Shown one piece after another: positions 10,646 through 19,742 of a DNA stretch of 64,000 nucleotides. How positions within the stretch are numbered: the first letter of the stretch is position 1; every line of letters starts with the position of its first letter. A program made the translations under genes and the position numbers. Source of the stretch: Oscillatoriales cyanobacterium (lineage in GTDB: Bacteria > Cyanobacteriota > Cyanobacteriia > Cyanobacteriales > Laspinemataceae). The notes beneath the pieces were generated by a model that was not told where the DNA came from, ran no database searches, and was given only the letters and a program-made list of their open reading frames with translations. The DNA is taken from contig JAABRM010000001.1 of the NCBI GenBank assembly GCA_011390955.1, positions 110,694 to 174,693 of the forward strand, given 5' to 3'.

Positions 10646-13222
10646 TTAATCTGAAAAGTGCTGTATGGCAGCACAACCATATTTTATCATTAAATGAGGG
10701 CTAAAGTCATTAATTTCTGTGACTAATTCAATCTTGCCGCTTTGATTTATCCGCCAGTTTGTTGCCTCGACAAATCTGGGAACTGCTGATTCACTAACTG
10801 GTAACTTTTGCCGTAAGCGAGAATGCCTCATTTCAGTAATTTCGGAAATCTCTTGGGTAGACAAAAATCGCAAATCTTGCCAAACTTGCTGACTTTCTAC
10901 AACCTGAGTGGGATTTTCTGGTAAACCACCCCGTCCGGCAATCACAAAAGAACTGCCCTGATAATCGGCACAACCATTGCGAATTAAATTGGCAATATTA
11001 ATCGGGTTTTGAGATAAGACCAGTAACCCAGAACTGGGGTTAGTTTCTGGAGCATTAATTTCGATAATCCCATCGATTCCCCGCTCAGAACTAGCAGTAA
11101 TTGTCCTATTAGTCGGTAAAAATATGCCCTGAGTGGTGATTTGGATATTTCCCCCATTGCCCGCGAACGCATTGGCATTAATATAGCTATTATCTAAGGC
11201 GGCTAACATTTTACTGTGGATGGTAATATTTCCCCCATTGCCACCTCCTGGGGCGTCAGTTCCCGACTGGGTGGAAATGAAACTATCATTTCGCAGAATT
11301 AAATTTTCCGCAATATTTAACCGGATATTTCCCCCTTCTCCAGATGCGGAAGTGGAGGCATTAATGCTGCCTCGATTGAGTTGAATATTCCTCGCATTTA
11401 CGGCGATAGTTGCCCCAGACCCAGATGTGGCTACGGCGGTAATTGCCCCTTGGTTACTGACTAAAATTTGGTCGGCATTTATCAGAATTTGACCGGGATT
11501 TCCCACGCCACCATTGGTAGCATTGACTAAACCGCGATCGCTTACAATTAACCTGGGGGTATTAATCATAATTGACCCCGCATTTCCTGCCACCGTTGTA
11601 CCTTGCAGTTTATCTTCTAAAGTGGCAAAACTTGCGGAAGAAATTAAACTCGGTCGGCTTTTGGGTAATTGACCTGTCACCTCGATGGATTCAGCGGCAT
11701 TAATGATTAAATTTCCCGCATGGCCACTAGCAAAAGCAGAAGCAGAAACTCGGCCAGAATCTCGTAAAATTAACCGGGCGGTATTGATGATTAAGTTTCC
11801 CGCATTTCCGGCATCAAAAGATGAAGAACTTAAACTACTCGGCCTGATGCGAGTATCCGGCCCGATCGGGTCGATCCAGAGGCCACTTAGTTCGATCGAC
11901 TCAGTAGCATTGACGATCGCATTTCCCGCGTGTCCCGTACTATCGGCCACAGAGGTGACAAGACTGCCGTTTATTGCCGTTAAATGTCTTGTAGATAAAT
12001 TGACATTACCGCCATTTCCGGCACTGAGACTGATTGCATAAATGCCACTGCCATCGGTTAATTTTATGGCATCCGTAGCCACAATATTAACATTCCCAGC
12101 AGGGGCAGCACTAGCGGTGGAAGTGGCGATCGCATCTCGAGCACTTTCAGCCATCAACTGCTGAGTGGAAATATTAATATCTCCCCCCGCACCTTCACCC
12201 ACGGTTTGATTCTTAATCGTACTAGGAAAATTTCCCGCAGCATTTACGCCGACAATCTGCACAGACTCAACGGCATTCACTGTAATATTGCCCGCTGCGT
12301 GGCTGCCCTGATTTTGGATCAGTATCCCTGAACCATCACGGATTTCTAATCTTTGCCCTTGGACATAAATTGACCCGCCACTATCGCCACTGGCATCAAC
12401 TAAAGCCTCAGATAATAGCTGAATTAACCCGAAATTTGCTGCGGCTGCATAGCCCAGTTGCCAACCATAATCAGTGGGATTCAGACTTACAAAACCCGAA
12501 CCGACACTGCCTAAAGAAATATGTCCTCCTGGGGCGGTGACAATCCCACCATTAAATCTTAAATTACTGCCAACTAAGGCCAAAGTATTGCCCGGTTTAA
12601 TCTGCAAACCTGGAGGGCTTTCAGGAAATCCTGTCACTGGGGTAAATCCTAGACCTAATTCATTATTAGCATTCAAACTATGTCCCGTTCCTTCGACCAG
12701 AATTTCCCCAGAATTAGTCTCGAATTGCAACCCAATGGGTAAATTAATTGTTAATAGCGGTGGGGCATTTTGTTCCGTGGCACTAAACAAGCTGCCATCG
12801 GCTAGTTTGATACTTTCAGCGGTACTGGCAATAAACGAGCCACCCAAATTCAGCTTGGCATTGGCACCAAAGACAATCCCATTGGGATTAATTAGAAATA
12901 AATTAGCCAAACCATTAGCTTGAATCAGCCCATCAATCTGAGAAATTTGCCCGCCTGTCACCCGCGTAAGAATATTTTTAATGGTGGGTGCATTATCGAA
13001 ATAAGCCGTTTCTCCGGTAAGCAGATTAAACCGATCAAAACTGTGAAATAAATTATCACCCGCTGTAGTTCCGCCGGTAATTTGTTGCACAGACCCTTGA
13101 GAATTGACCACGGATTGATTCGGTAAGCTGCGATCGGGAATAATCTGGGCTAATATTGGTTTCGGACAACTAACATAGAGAAAAATTACTAGGAATCCGC
13201 TGCATAAATTGGGGTAATTCAT
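10646..13222 (-). CDS. Filamentous-hemagglutinin N-terminal (TPS) domain exoprotein, TpsA-like, with beta-helical repeats
   Basis: Signal peptide, then the hallmark haemagglutination-activity (TPS) domain: ITGGTTAGDNLFHSFDRFNLLTGETAYFDN...ANGLANLFLINPNGIVFGANAKLNLGGSFIASTAE; followed by repetitive Gly/Asn/Ser-rich beta-helix-type repeats (GNAGNLIIN...). Confidence 0.85.
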   Translation of the reverse strand: MNYPNLCSGFLVIFLYVSCPKPILAQIIPDRSLPNQSVVNSQGSVQQITGGTTAGDNLFHSFDRFNLLTGETAYFDNAPTIKNILTRVTGGQISQIDGLIQANGLANLFLINPNGIVFGANAKLNLGGSFIASTAESIKLADGSLFSATEQNAPPLLTINLPIGLQFETNSGEILVEGTGHSLNANNELGLGFTPVTGFPESPPGLQIKPGNTLALVGSNLRFNGGIVTAPGGHISLGSVGSGFVSLNPTDYGWQLGYAAAANFGLIQLLSEALVDASGDSGGSIYVQGQRLEIRDGSGILIQNQGSHAAGNITVNAVESVQIVGVNAAGNFPSTIKNQTVGEGAGGDINISTQQLMAESARDAIATSTASAAPAGNVNIVATDAIKLTDGSGIYAISLSAGNGGNVNLSTRHLTAINGSLVTSVADSTGHAGNAIVNATESIELSGLWIDPIGPDTRIRPSSLSSSSFDAGNAGNLIINTARLILRDSGRVSASAFASGHAGNLIINAAESIEVTGQLPKSRPSLISSASFATLEDKLQGTTVAGNAGSIMINTPRLIVSDRGLVNATNGGVGNPGQILINADQILVSNQGAITAVATSGSGATIAVNARNIQLNRGSINASTSASGEGGNIRLNIAENLILRNDSFISTQSGTDAPGGGNGGNITIHSKMLAALDNSYINANAFAGNGGNIQITTQGIFLPTNRTITASSERGIDGIIEINAPETNPSSGLLVLSQNPINIANLIRNGCADYQGSSFVIAGRGGLPENPTQVVESQQVWQDLRFLSTQEISEITEMRHSRLRQKLPVSESAVPRFVEATNWRINQSGKIELVTEINDFSPHLMIKYGCAAIQHFSD

Positions 13223-13604
13223 TTTATTAAATTGCTATATTTGATTGTGAATTAAATCAAACCTATAGTTTTGGGGAGCGATTCCCCCGCCTAAGCTTTG
13301 CGATCGCCCGAATAAGTGACTGATTTTATTAAGTATTTTATACTCTCAAACACGGGATTCTGTCAAATGCTCAAAATATTATTTTTGTGAATCCTATAAT
13401 CGGTTTTGTTTACCCAGGGGCGATGGATGATTGATAGCTGATTGATAATTGATGATTGGATCTTTTATTAAAGTTACTGATTGCTAACAAGTAAATAAAA
13501 AACTAGAAATAAAGATGCCTGAAATCTGACCGGATATTTGATTATTGTACCCTAAACAACTATACTAGATAAAATCCGATTACCCTGAAAGAGTGACTAA
13601 AATT

Positions 13605-14678
13605 ATGACTTTCAAAATTCTAACCCTTGATGGAGGCGGTATGCGGGGTATCATATCCGCTCGCATCCTCAAAGAATTTGAACAAGAACTGAAAGCTTTA
13701 ACCGGGAAGGAAATTCACGAATATTTCGATTTGGTGGCGGGGACTTCCACTGGTTCAATCTTGGCAGCGGGAGTTGCCATGAAAAAGCCGATTGACACCA
13801 TGATCGGTATATATCTAAACGAAGGGGGAAAAATTTTCCCAGAAGATAAGCGAAAATTACGCAATATAATTCCCGGAGGTGGGGGTTATGTTATGCCCTT
13901 CACTCAATACCCAACCGAAGGACTCAAATCGGTGCTGAAAGATCAGTTGAAAAATGAGTCGGGACAGTTGGCTAAAATGCGAGAAATTCGCGACCCAATT
14001 TTAATGATTTTGGCCTACGATACCTGGAGCCGGAATACCACTTATTTTGCCAGCGATCGCGACGATGAAAGCGGCTGGTTTTTAGATAATGAACTTTGGG
14101 AAATCTGTATGTGTTCTGCCGCCGCTCCCACTTACTTTCCCCCCCATCAATTAACCCGGACAGGTAAACATCAAAAAGACGTAGAATATCCGCATATTGA
14201 TGGAGGTGTTGCGGCAAATAATCCCTCTTTGGCGGCTTTGTGCCATGCTATGTTAATGCAAAACATTGGCTTAGAAGATATTGCCATTCTTTCCATCGGC
14301 ACGGGGATCACTAATCATCGCTATAAATTTGATGAAGTGAAAAAATGGGGTTTGCTAAATTGGGCACAACAAATCCCCGATATTTTCATGGCAGGACCGA
14401 GCGAGTTTCAGGAAGGGGTTGCGGCTCAAATTATGGGGTTTGAAAAATCCGGGCGCTATCTGCGGCTGAACTATGAATTAAACGGCAAATTAGCGGCGGA
14501 TGGGAAAAAAATCATTAACCAGTATAGCAATGAACATTTAAACGAGGCGATGGACGATCCCACCCAATGTCAAAGCTATCTGGAAGTCACCGAAAAATAT
14601 CTTAATTCATCCGATAAGCAAGGTAAACCGATTAAAGAGAAAATTCGGGAATTTATTCAGCGTAATCCTGTTGCTTAA
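13605..14678 (+). CDS. Patatin-like phospholipase
   Basis: ILTLDGGGMRGIISARIL (oxyanion hole), GTSTGS (GxSxG nucleophile), DGGVAANNP (catalytic Asp). The track ORF starts at 13593 on a non-ATG codon; ATG at 13605 is the more likely start. Confidence 0.85.
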   Translation: MTFKILTLDGGGMRGIISARILKEFEQELKALTGKEIHEYFDLVAGTSTGSILAAGVAMKKPIDTMIGIYLNEGGKIFPEDKRKLRNIIPGGGGYVMPFTQYPTEGLKSVLKDQLKNESGQLAKMREIRDPILMILAYDTWSRNTTYFASDRDDESGWFLDNELWEICMCSAAAPTYFPPHQLTRTGKHQKDVEYPHIDGGVAANNPSLAALCHAMLMQNIGLEDIAILSIGTGITNHRYKFDEVKKWGLLNWAQQIPDIFMAGPSEFQEGVAAQIMGFEKSGRYLRLNYELNGKLAADGKKIINQYSNEHLNEAMDDPTQCQSYLEVTEKYLNSSDKQGKPIKEKIREFIQRNPVA

Positions 14679-14708
14679 ATTCCGGGCAGGTTCAGATTAA
14701 TTAACTGT

Positions 14709-14915
14709 ATTTCACCACAGAGACACAGAGAAACATCGAGGAATTATTTGTCAAGGATAAGTAGGTGGGCAGAAATAACCAGAGACCATATCGCAAGAAA
14801 AACTGTCATTCCCGCGAATGCGGGAATCCACAGTCTATCGGCTGGGAACGAAAAGTGCAATTAATTATGTTCACCTACTTATCTCTCTGTGTCCTTTGTG
14901 TCTTTGTGGTGAAAT
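14709..14915. mobile_element. Hairpin repeat element A (TIR TTTCACCACAGAGACACAGAG...) carrying a nested copy of MITE B in its loop
   Basis: Left arm atttcaccacagagacacagagaaaca (14709-) and right arm tctctctgtgtcctttgtgtctttgtggtgaaat (-14915) are inverted repeats. A second, uninterrupted inverted copy lies at 15979-16058. Bases 14760-14879 between the arms are MITE B. Confidence 0.7.
14760..14879. mobile_element. MITE B copy 1 (TIR AGTAGGTGGGCAGAAATAA ... TGTTCACCTACT), non-coding hairpin element
   Basis: Shares terminal inverted repeats and a conserved internal core (aaaactgtcattcccgc ... cgggaatcc ... gaacgaaaagtgcaattaattatgttcacctact) with copies at 19401-19546 and 36502-36652 (inverted). 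Confidence 0.75.
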
Positions 14916-15952
14916 TCTTCAACAGACGCCAAAGTTAAATCTGTGATTAAGGGAAAATGATCGGAACCAATTGCCGGAGTTCGGCGAACTTTTAACACTT
15001 GAAACTCTGGACTGACTAAACAATGGTCGATGGGAATATATAAAAGTGGCTGAAATGTCGGCCAAGTAGGTAAAATACCAAACCCAGCCCGGACATTGTG
15101 CAATTTCGCTTTTTTGACTAAATCTCGATAATAGGGCGACCACATGGTGACATTCATATCTCCGATTAAGATGACCGGATTTTTTAAGGTGGCAGCATAA
15201 TCAGCGATCGCCTCTAATTGGCGGTTTCTTTCCTCAAAATAAATTTGCCCCGTTGCTTTAGAAGGATGTACCGCTATTAGAGATATTAATTGCCCAGAAA
15301 TTTGCAGATTAGCTAATAGGCTTTTTCTGCCGCCTCCTAAAGATTTGACCTGGGGATTTTCTAGGGAAATCCGGCTCAAAATTAGGGTTCCGTCCCGAAA
15401 CCGGGTTTCTTCACCTAAATCTCTGTCACCCAACCAAAATGCTGGTAGAAACCCGGTTTCTATATAGTCGAAGCTGTAGGGGAAAATGTCTGTTAAACCC
15501 GCTTTTAGTTTAGCGGCGATCGCGGTTCCCACCTCGACAAAAACCACAAGATCGGGACGTTCTTTCTGAATCAGGGCGATCGCCGCAGTCGAGTTATCTT
15601 TATATTTATCCATATTCGACAATAACACCCGGAATTCTTGTCCCTGGATATCCTGGTTAAACCAATGATGGGGAAAATACCAGGGGAGAATTTCCCCTAA
15701 ATTAATCACCAAACAAAAGCCACTGAGAATCAGTCCCAACTTTTGTAACTTTTTTTGTAACTTTTGCCGATAGTTGAAGCAAAACTGAAGCAAAAAGAAG
15801 CAGAACGGACATAAGCTGAGAATGAGATATTGCCATTTAAAATGAGCAGCTAATTCCAGATAGAGATGAATTTTTCCCCAATATCCCGCGAGAGAAATCA
15901 AGATTAAACTAATAGAGGCAAAAATAAAGATAATATGCAATAAAAAACGCAT
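14879..15952 (-). CDS. Membrane-anchored endonuclease/exonuclease/phosphatase (EEP, DNase I-like) family protein
   Basis: Three N-terminal TM helices, then an EEP domain: RPDLVVFVEV, GDMNVTMWSP, GSDHFPLITDL. The last ~12 codons (EEFHHKDTKDTER) are encoded by repeat element A, so the C-terminus is repeat-derived. Confidence 0.7.
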   Translation of the reverse strand: MRFLLHIIFIFASISLILISLAGYWGKIHLYLELAAHFKWQYLILSLCPFCFFLLQFCFNYRQKLQKKLQKLGLILSGFCLVINLGEILPWYFPHHWFNQDIQGQEFRVLLSNMDKYKDNSTAAIALIQKERPDLVVFVEVGTAIAAKLKAGLTDIFPYSFDYIETGFLPAFWLGDRDLGEETRFRDGTLILSRISLENPQVKSLGGGRKSLLANLQISGQLISLIAVHPSKATGQIYFEERNRQLEAIADYAATLKNPVILIGDMNVTMWSPYYRDLVKKAKLHNVRAGFGILPTWPTFQPLLYIPIDHCLVSPEFQVLKVRRTPAIGSDHFPLITDLTLASVEEFHHKDTKDTER

Positions 15953-15978
15953 AATTCACTCTAAATATGCAATTAAAA

Positions 15979-16058
15979 CCACAAAGACACAAAGGACACA
16001 GAGTAATTATCTCTCAAGGATATGTCTCTGTGTTTCTCTGTGCCTCTGTGGTGAAATA
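15979..16058. mobile_element. Hairpin repeat element A copy 2 (inverted relative to the copy at 14709)
   Basis: ccacaaagacacaaaggacacagag ... ctctgtgtttctctgtgcctctgtggtgaaata forms a perfect-ish palindrome. Together with copy 1 it brackets the EEP gene. Confidence 0.7.
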
Positions 16059-16156
16059 CTAGACTTCTAGCAAAACTCTAAAAAGCCCCATTTTTAAGGG
16101 GGGTTGGGGAGATCGATCCGGTATGCAAGCAAAAGGTTTACTATGCCAATCTTAAA

Positions 16157-17056
16157 TTAATTTTCTGTCAGCATCGCCTGTTGTCCTTGGGGGGAAGTGG
16201 CGTAACCGAGAAAATATTGCACTTGCGGACTGGGTGGGTTTTTGTAGGCGTAATAAAGCTGCCTTTGATAGGGATAGGTGGCCGCTTCCGGGGTCAACCC
16301 ATCCACAGGTACGACCCGCACCGTTTGCTGGTTGGCAACTTGAGCGTAGGTGGCGTAACCGATCCCGTTGGTGCCTAATTGTCGCAGTAAGGGAGTCGTG
16401 GCATCTTGCGCCATTGTCGTAATGTTGGCTGTGGTGCCGAAATTTCCTCCTTGTAAGACCAACTCCTTAAATGTCTGATGAGTGCCGCTGATGGCTGGTC
16501 GGTTAATTACCGCGATCGCGCCTGGACTCCCACCCAACTGAGACCAGTCAGCAATCTGACCTTGAAATATTTGCATCACTTGGGCGCTGGTTAAACCTTG
16601 ACGGTAGGGGTTATCTTTGCCCACAACAAGAGCAATTTGGTCTCTGGCTAAGGGTACTGCCATTAATCCTTGACTCTGTTCGGCGCTGGTGAGAGGACGG
16701 GAGATCGCAGCAATGTCAGCGCTGTTGGTGGTTAAGGCTTGAATGCCCCGGTCGGTTCCATTCGCAATAGCAACAGCGCTACTGCCGGGAAATACACTCT
16801 CAAAACCCCGTTTCAGATTTTGATTGATCGTCACCATGCTAGTAGAACCATCAATCCGCACGGTTGTCCCTGGAGGTACAGAGGCGGGGAAAGGAAAGGT
16901 GGCGCTAGTTTGTCCCGGTGGCGGCATAGTTCCCGGAATCATTTCTGTAGTTTGAGGGGAATTTTTTTGTTGCGAAAAGTACCAATATCCAGCACCGCCG
17001 AGAATCAAAAATAGCAGGATAAACAGAATAGGAGGTGGTCCGCTTGCTTTTGCCAT
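16157..17056 (-). CDS. Periplasmic substrate-binding protein, PstS/phosphate-binding family-like, with N-terminal TM anchor and Pro-rich linker
   Basis: N-terminal TM (ILFILLFLILGGAGYWYF), Pro-rich linker, then VRIDGSTSMVTINQNLKRGFESVFPG and ISRPLTSAE, which resemble PstS/SphX-type binding-protein motifs. Confidence 0.5.
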   Translation of the reverse strand: MAKASGPPPILFILLFLILGGAGYWYFSQQKNSPQTTEMIPGTMPPPGQTSATFPFPASVPPGTTVRIDGSTSMVTINQNLKRGFESVFPGSSAVAIANGTDRGIQALTTNSADIAAISRPLTSAEQSQGLMAVPLARDQIALVVGKDNPYRQGLTSAQVMQIFQGQIADWSQLGGSPGAIAVINRPAISGTHQTFKELVLQGGNFGTTANITTMAQDATTPLLRQLGTNGIGYATYAQVANQQTVRVVPVDGLTPEAATYPYQRQLYYAYKNPPSPQVQYFLGYATSPQGQQAMLTEN

Positions 17057-17088
17057 AAAAAAAATTAGTTGGTTGTTTAGTTGGTGAT

Positions 17089-17796
17089 TTAGTTGGTTAT
17101 ATCCTTGCTTGCTTCTAACCTTTGCAGCCGCTGGGCAACGGCATCATCTAGGGTCATTTTTTCCAAATCTGCCTGGAGTTTCTCATCAGGATTTTCCGAA
17201 AATTCAGCGATCGCTTGTTGCTTGAGATTTCGCCGTTCTACGGCACTTTTTGCCGCTTCAAACTGAGACCGAGCCGAATCAATGTTCAGGTCGCTATTAA
17301 CTTTGGCCATTGCCGCCAGCGCCTCATTAATTTCGGTCATGTCTTTCATATTTTGCATATCAGTTTTATAAGCTTCCAGTTTAGTGCGTTCCCGTCTCAG
17401 CTTTTCTTTGGAAGCATTAACATAACTTTCTGCCTGTTGAACTTGAACTTCTAGCTGGGGCAAAAGTTGCTCGATTTGAATCACTTTGGACATTGCTAAA
17501 CGCGCTGCTTCTTCATTGCCCTGTTTTTGGGCGGTCATAGCTTGGCGCTCGAAGCCCTGCATTTCTTTGGCTTTATCTTGATATTTCTGCTTGGCTCTTT
17601 GGTATGCCGCTACCTGGGTGGCAACCGCTTCAGAAAGCTTTTGCACGGAGGTTTGCATATCCCGCAGCGCTTCTTCGGCGGTTTCTACCGCTACTTTGCC
17701 CCCAGATTCTACGGGGATTCCCCATAGCCAGTTCCAGGTGCCGATAATGGTGCGTCCGGCTTTTTCCCCCATTAACCAGTAGATCGCTTTTTTCAT
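17089..17796 (-). CDS. PspA/IM30 (Vipp1-like) family coiled-coil protein with atypical Trp-rich N-terminus
   Basis: EEALRDMQTSVQKLSEAVA...RAKQKYQDKAKEMQ...GNEEAARLA parallels Vipp1/PspA (EQAVIDMQEDLVQLRQAVA...EAKKWEDRAKLAL...GEENLAREALARK). The N-terminal segment IYWLMGEKAGRTIIGTWNWLWGIPVESGG replaces the usual amphipathic helix. Confidence 0.6.
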   Translation of the reverse strand: MKKAIYWLMGEKAGRTIIGTWNWLWGIPVESGGKVAVETAEEALRDMQTSVQKLSEAVATQVAAYQRAKQKYQDKAKEMQGFERQAMTAQKQGNEEAARLAMSKVIQIEQLLPQLEVQVQQAESYVNASKEKLRRERTKLEAYKTDMQNMKDMTEINEALAAMAKVNSDLNIDSARSQFEAAKSAVERRNLKQQAIAEFSENPDEKLQADLEKMTLDDAVAQRLQRLEASKDITN

Positions 17797-18085
17797 AATA
17801 TGGCTTTGGATTGGGTTTTTATTAGTTTACATGAGGATTTCACAGTTAATCTAAATTTAACTTATCCTTAACGTTTCCCTAAATCAATTATCTGTGGTTT
17901 TCTGGGTCTAAGTTGAGGCAAATATTACAGTTATTTGATTGAAAGCTGGGCGGAAATAAATTTTTCAAAATAGATCGTCCTAATTTCTTGCTTCTTAATA
18001 AAACCCAAAAATTAGGATTATTTGGCGATTACTTGTTTAGTAAATTTAAATAATTTTTTGTCAAAACATATCTAGGGATATTTTT

Positions 18086-19306
18086 TTAATCCGTTGCCCG
18101 CAAAGCCACAATGGGATCTAATTTAGCCGCTTGCTGGGCAGGAACAATGCCAAAAAATAAACCGATCGCCCCCGAAATCGCCGTAGAAACAGTAATTGCC
18201 ATTAAGGAAAACCCCGCTGCAAACGGGGACAATAAACTGATAATTAAGATTAAACCCAACCCGATCGCAATGCCAATAAAACCACCGGAAATGGATAAAA
18301 TAATCGCCTCAGCGGTAAACTGGAATAAAATATCTTTTTGGGAAGCCCCGATCGCCTTTCGCAAACCAATTTCCTGAGTGCGTTCTTTCACCGCCACCAG
18401 CATAATATTCATAATCCCAATGCCCCCGACCAAAAGGGAAATACTAGCCACCAATCCTAACACCAGAGTTAAAGCCCCAGTCACCGCCCCCGTAATATTT
18501 TCCAACTCTTGCTGATTGCGGACAAAAAAATCATCTTCATCCACAATTCTATGGCGCAACCGCAACAAATTTTCTACCTGAAACTGTGCTTTACTTATTT
18601 CTGCTAAACTGTTCACGGAAATTGAAATAAAACTAATTTGAGTGCCGTAAATCGATGAATTACCAGAAATTTGTTGAGCCATTGTGGTCAAGGGTAAAAA
18701 CACCGCTTCATCTTGATTACTGCCAAAAGTGGCTCCTTTAGGCTGCATCACCCCAATCACCGCAAAAGAACGGTTTTTAATTCTAATATTTTGCCCCAAA
18801 GGATCTCGATCGCCAAATAATATCTTGGCTAAGTCCGATCCAAGCACTGCCACTGCTTGATACCGCTGTAAATCTAGGTGAGTAAAAAAACGACCTTGGG
18901 CGACATCAAAGTTGCGAACGGCGAGAAATTCTGGAGTAGTTCCCACTAATCGGGCAGAGAAATTTTCACTGCGATAAGTGACTCTTTCCATGCCATTAAT
19001 TTGGGGGGCAACTTCGTACACTGATGGCACTTGAGAAGCGATCGCTTCTGCATCTTCTAGCACCAAAGTTTGGGGAACCACCACAGGGCGATTTCGCGCC
19101 TTGGGACTGCCCGGTTCCACAAATAATAAATTATTGCCAAGTCCCTGCACTTGTTCGCTGACAAATTGTTGCGCTCCTTCGCCAATGCCAATAGTAGCAA
19201 TCACCGAGGCATTGCCAATAATAATGCCTAACATAGTTAAGCCGCTACGGAGTTTATTCAGCATCAAAGTCTTAGCGGCCATTTCAATAGTTTCTACTAA
19301 ATTCAT
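18086..19306 (-). CDS. devC: ABC transporter permease, MacB/FtsX family (DevC-like)
   Basis: MNLVETIEMAAKTLMLNKLRSGLTMLGIIIGNASVIA (MacB N-terminal TM1), a large periplasmic domain, and a C-terminal FtsX 3-TM bundle. The track ORF extends upstream to 19498 through heptamer repeats and MITE B; the ATG at complement 19304-19306 is the plausible real start. No devA ATPase gene is adjacent. Confidence 0.8.
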   Translation of the reverse strand: MNLVETIEMAAKTLMLNKLRSGLTMLGIIIGNASVIATIGIGEGAQQFVSEQVQGLGNNLLFVEPGSPKARNRPVVVPQTLVLEDAEAIASQVPSVYEVAPQINGMERVTYRSENFSARLVGTTPEFLAVRNFDVAQGRFFTHLDLQRYQAVAVLGSDLAKILFGDRDPLGQNIRIKNRSFAVIGVMQPKGATFGSNQDEAVFLPLTTMAQQISGNSSIYGTQISFISISVNSLAEISKAQFQVENLLRLRHRIVDEDDFFVRNQQELENITGAVTGALTLVLGLVASISLLVGGIGIMNIMLVAVKERTQEIGLRKAIGASQKDILFQFTAEAIILSISGGFIGIAIGLGLILIISLLSPFAAGFSLMAITVSTAISGAIGLFFGIVPAQQAAKLDPIVALRATD

Positions 19307-19400
19307 GTTATTTGTTGGTTGTTGTTGGTTGGTTGTTGTTTGTTCGTTGTTCTTGGTTGTTCTTGGTTGTTTGTTGGTTGTTGGTTGTTGTTTGTTATTA

Positions 19401-19546
19401 AGTAGGTGGGCAGAAATAAATGCAGACCATATCAGAAAAAAAACTGTCATTCCCGCCGATGGCGGCCTTCGCGGGGGTAAACTCCGACGGGAATCCAAGG
19501 ATTTACGGTGGAGAACGAAAAGTGCAATTAATTATGTTCACCTACT
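19401..19546. mobile_element. MITE B copy 2, embedded in a heptamer-repeat tract between devB and devC
   Basis: agtaggtgggcagaaataaatgcagaccatatcagaaaaaaaactgtcattcccgcc...gggaatccaagg...gaacgaaaagtgcaattaattatgttcacctact; flanked on both sides by (TTGGTTG)n. Confidence 0.75.
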
Positions 19547-19742
19547 TAGTTGGTTGTTGTTTCTTGGTTTTTATACCGATTTTAAAATAACATTATTGCT
19601 CCAGTTAATAGATTAATTTGGGCGCAAGCATTGCGCCCCTACTGTTGCATGATTAATTATAATCTTATCACAAAGAACCATGAACAAACAACAAACAACA
19701 AACAACCAACAACCAACAACAAACAACAAACAACAAACAACA

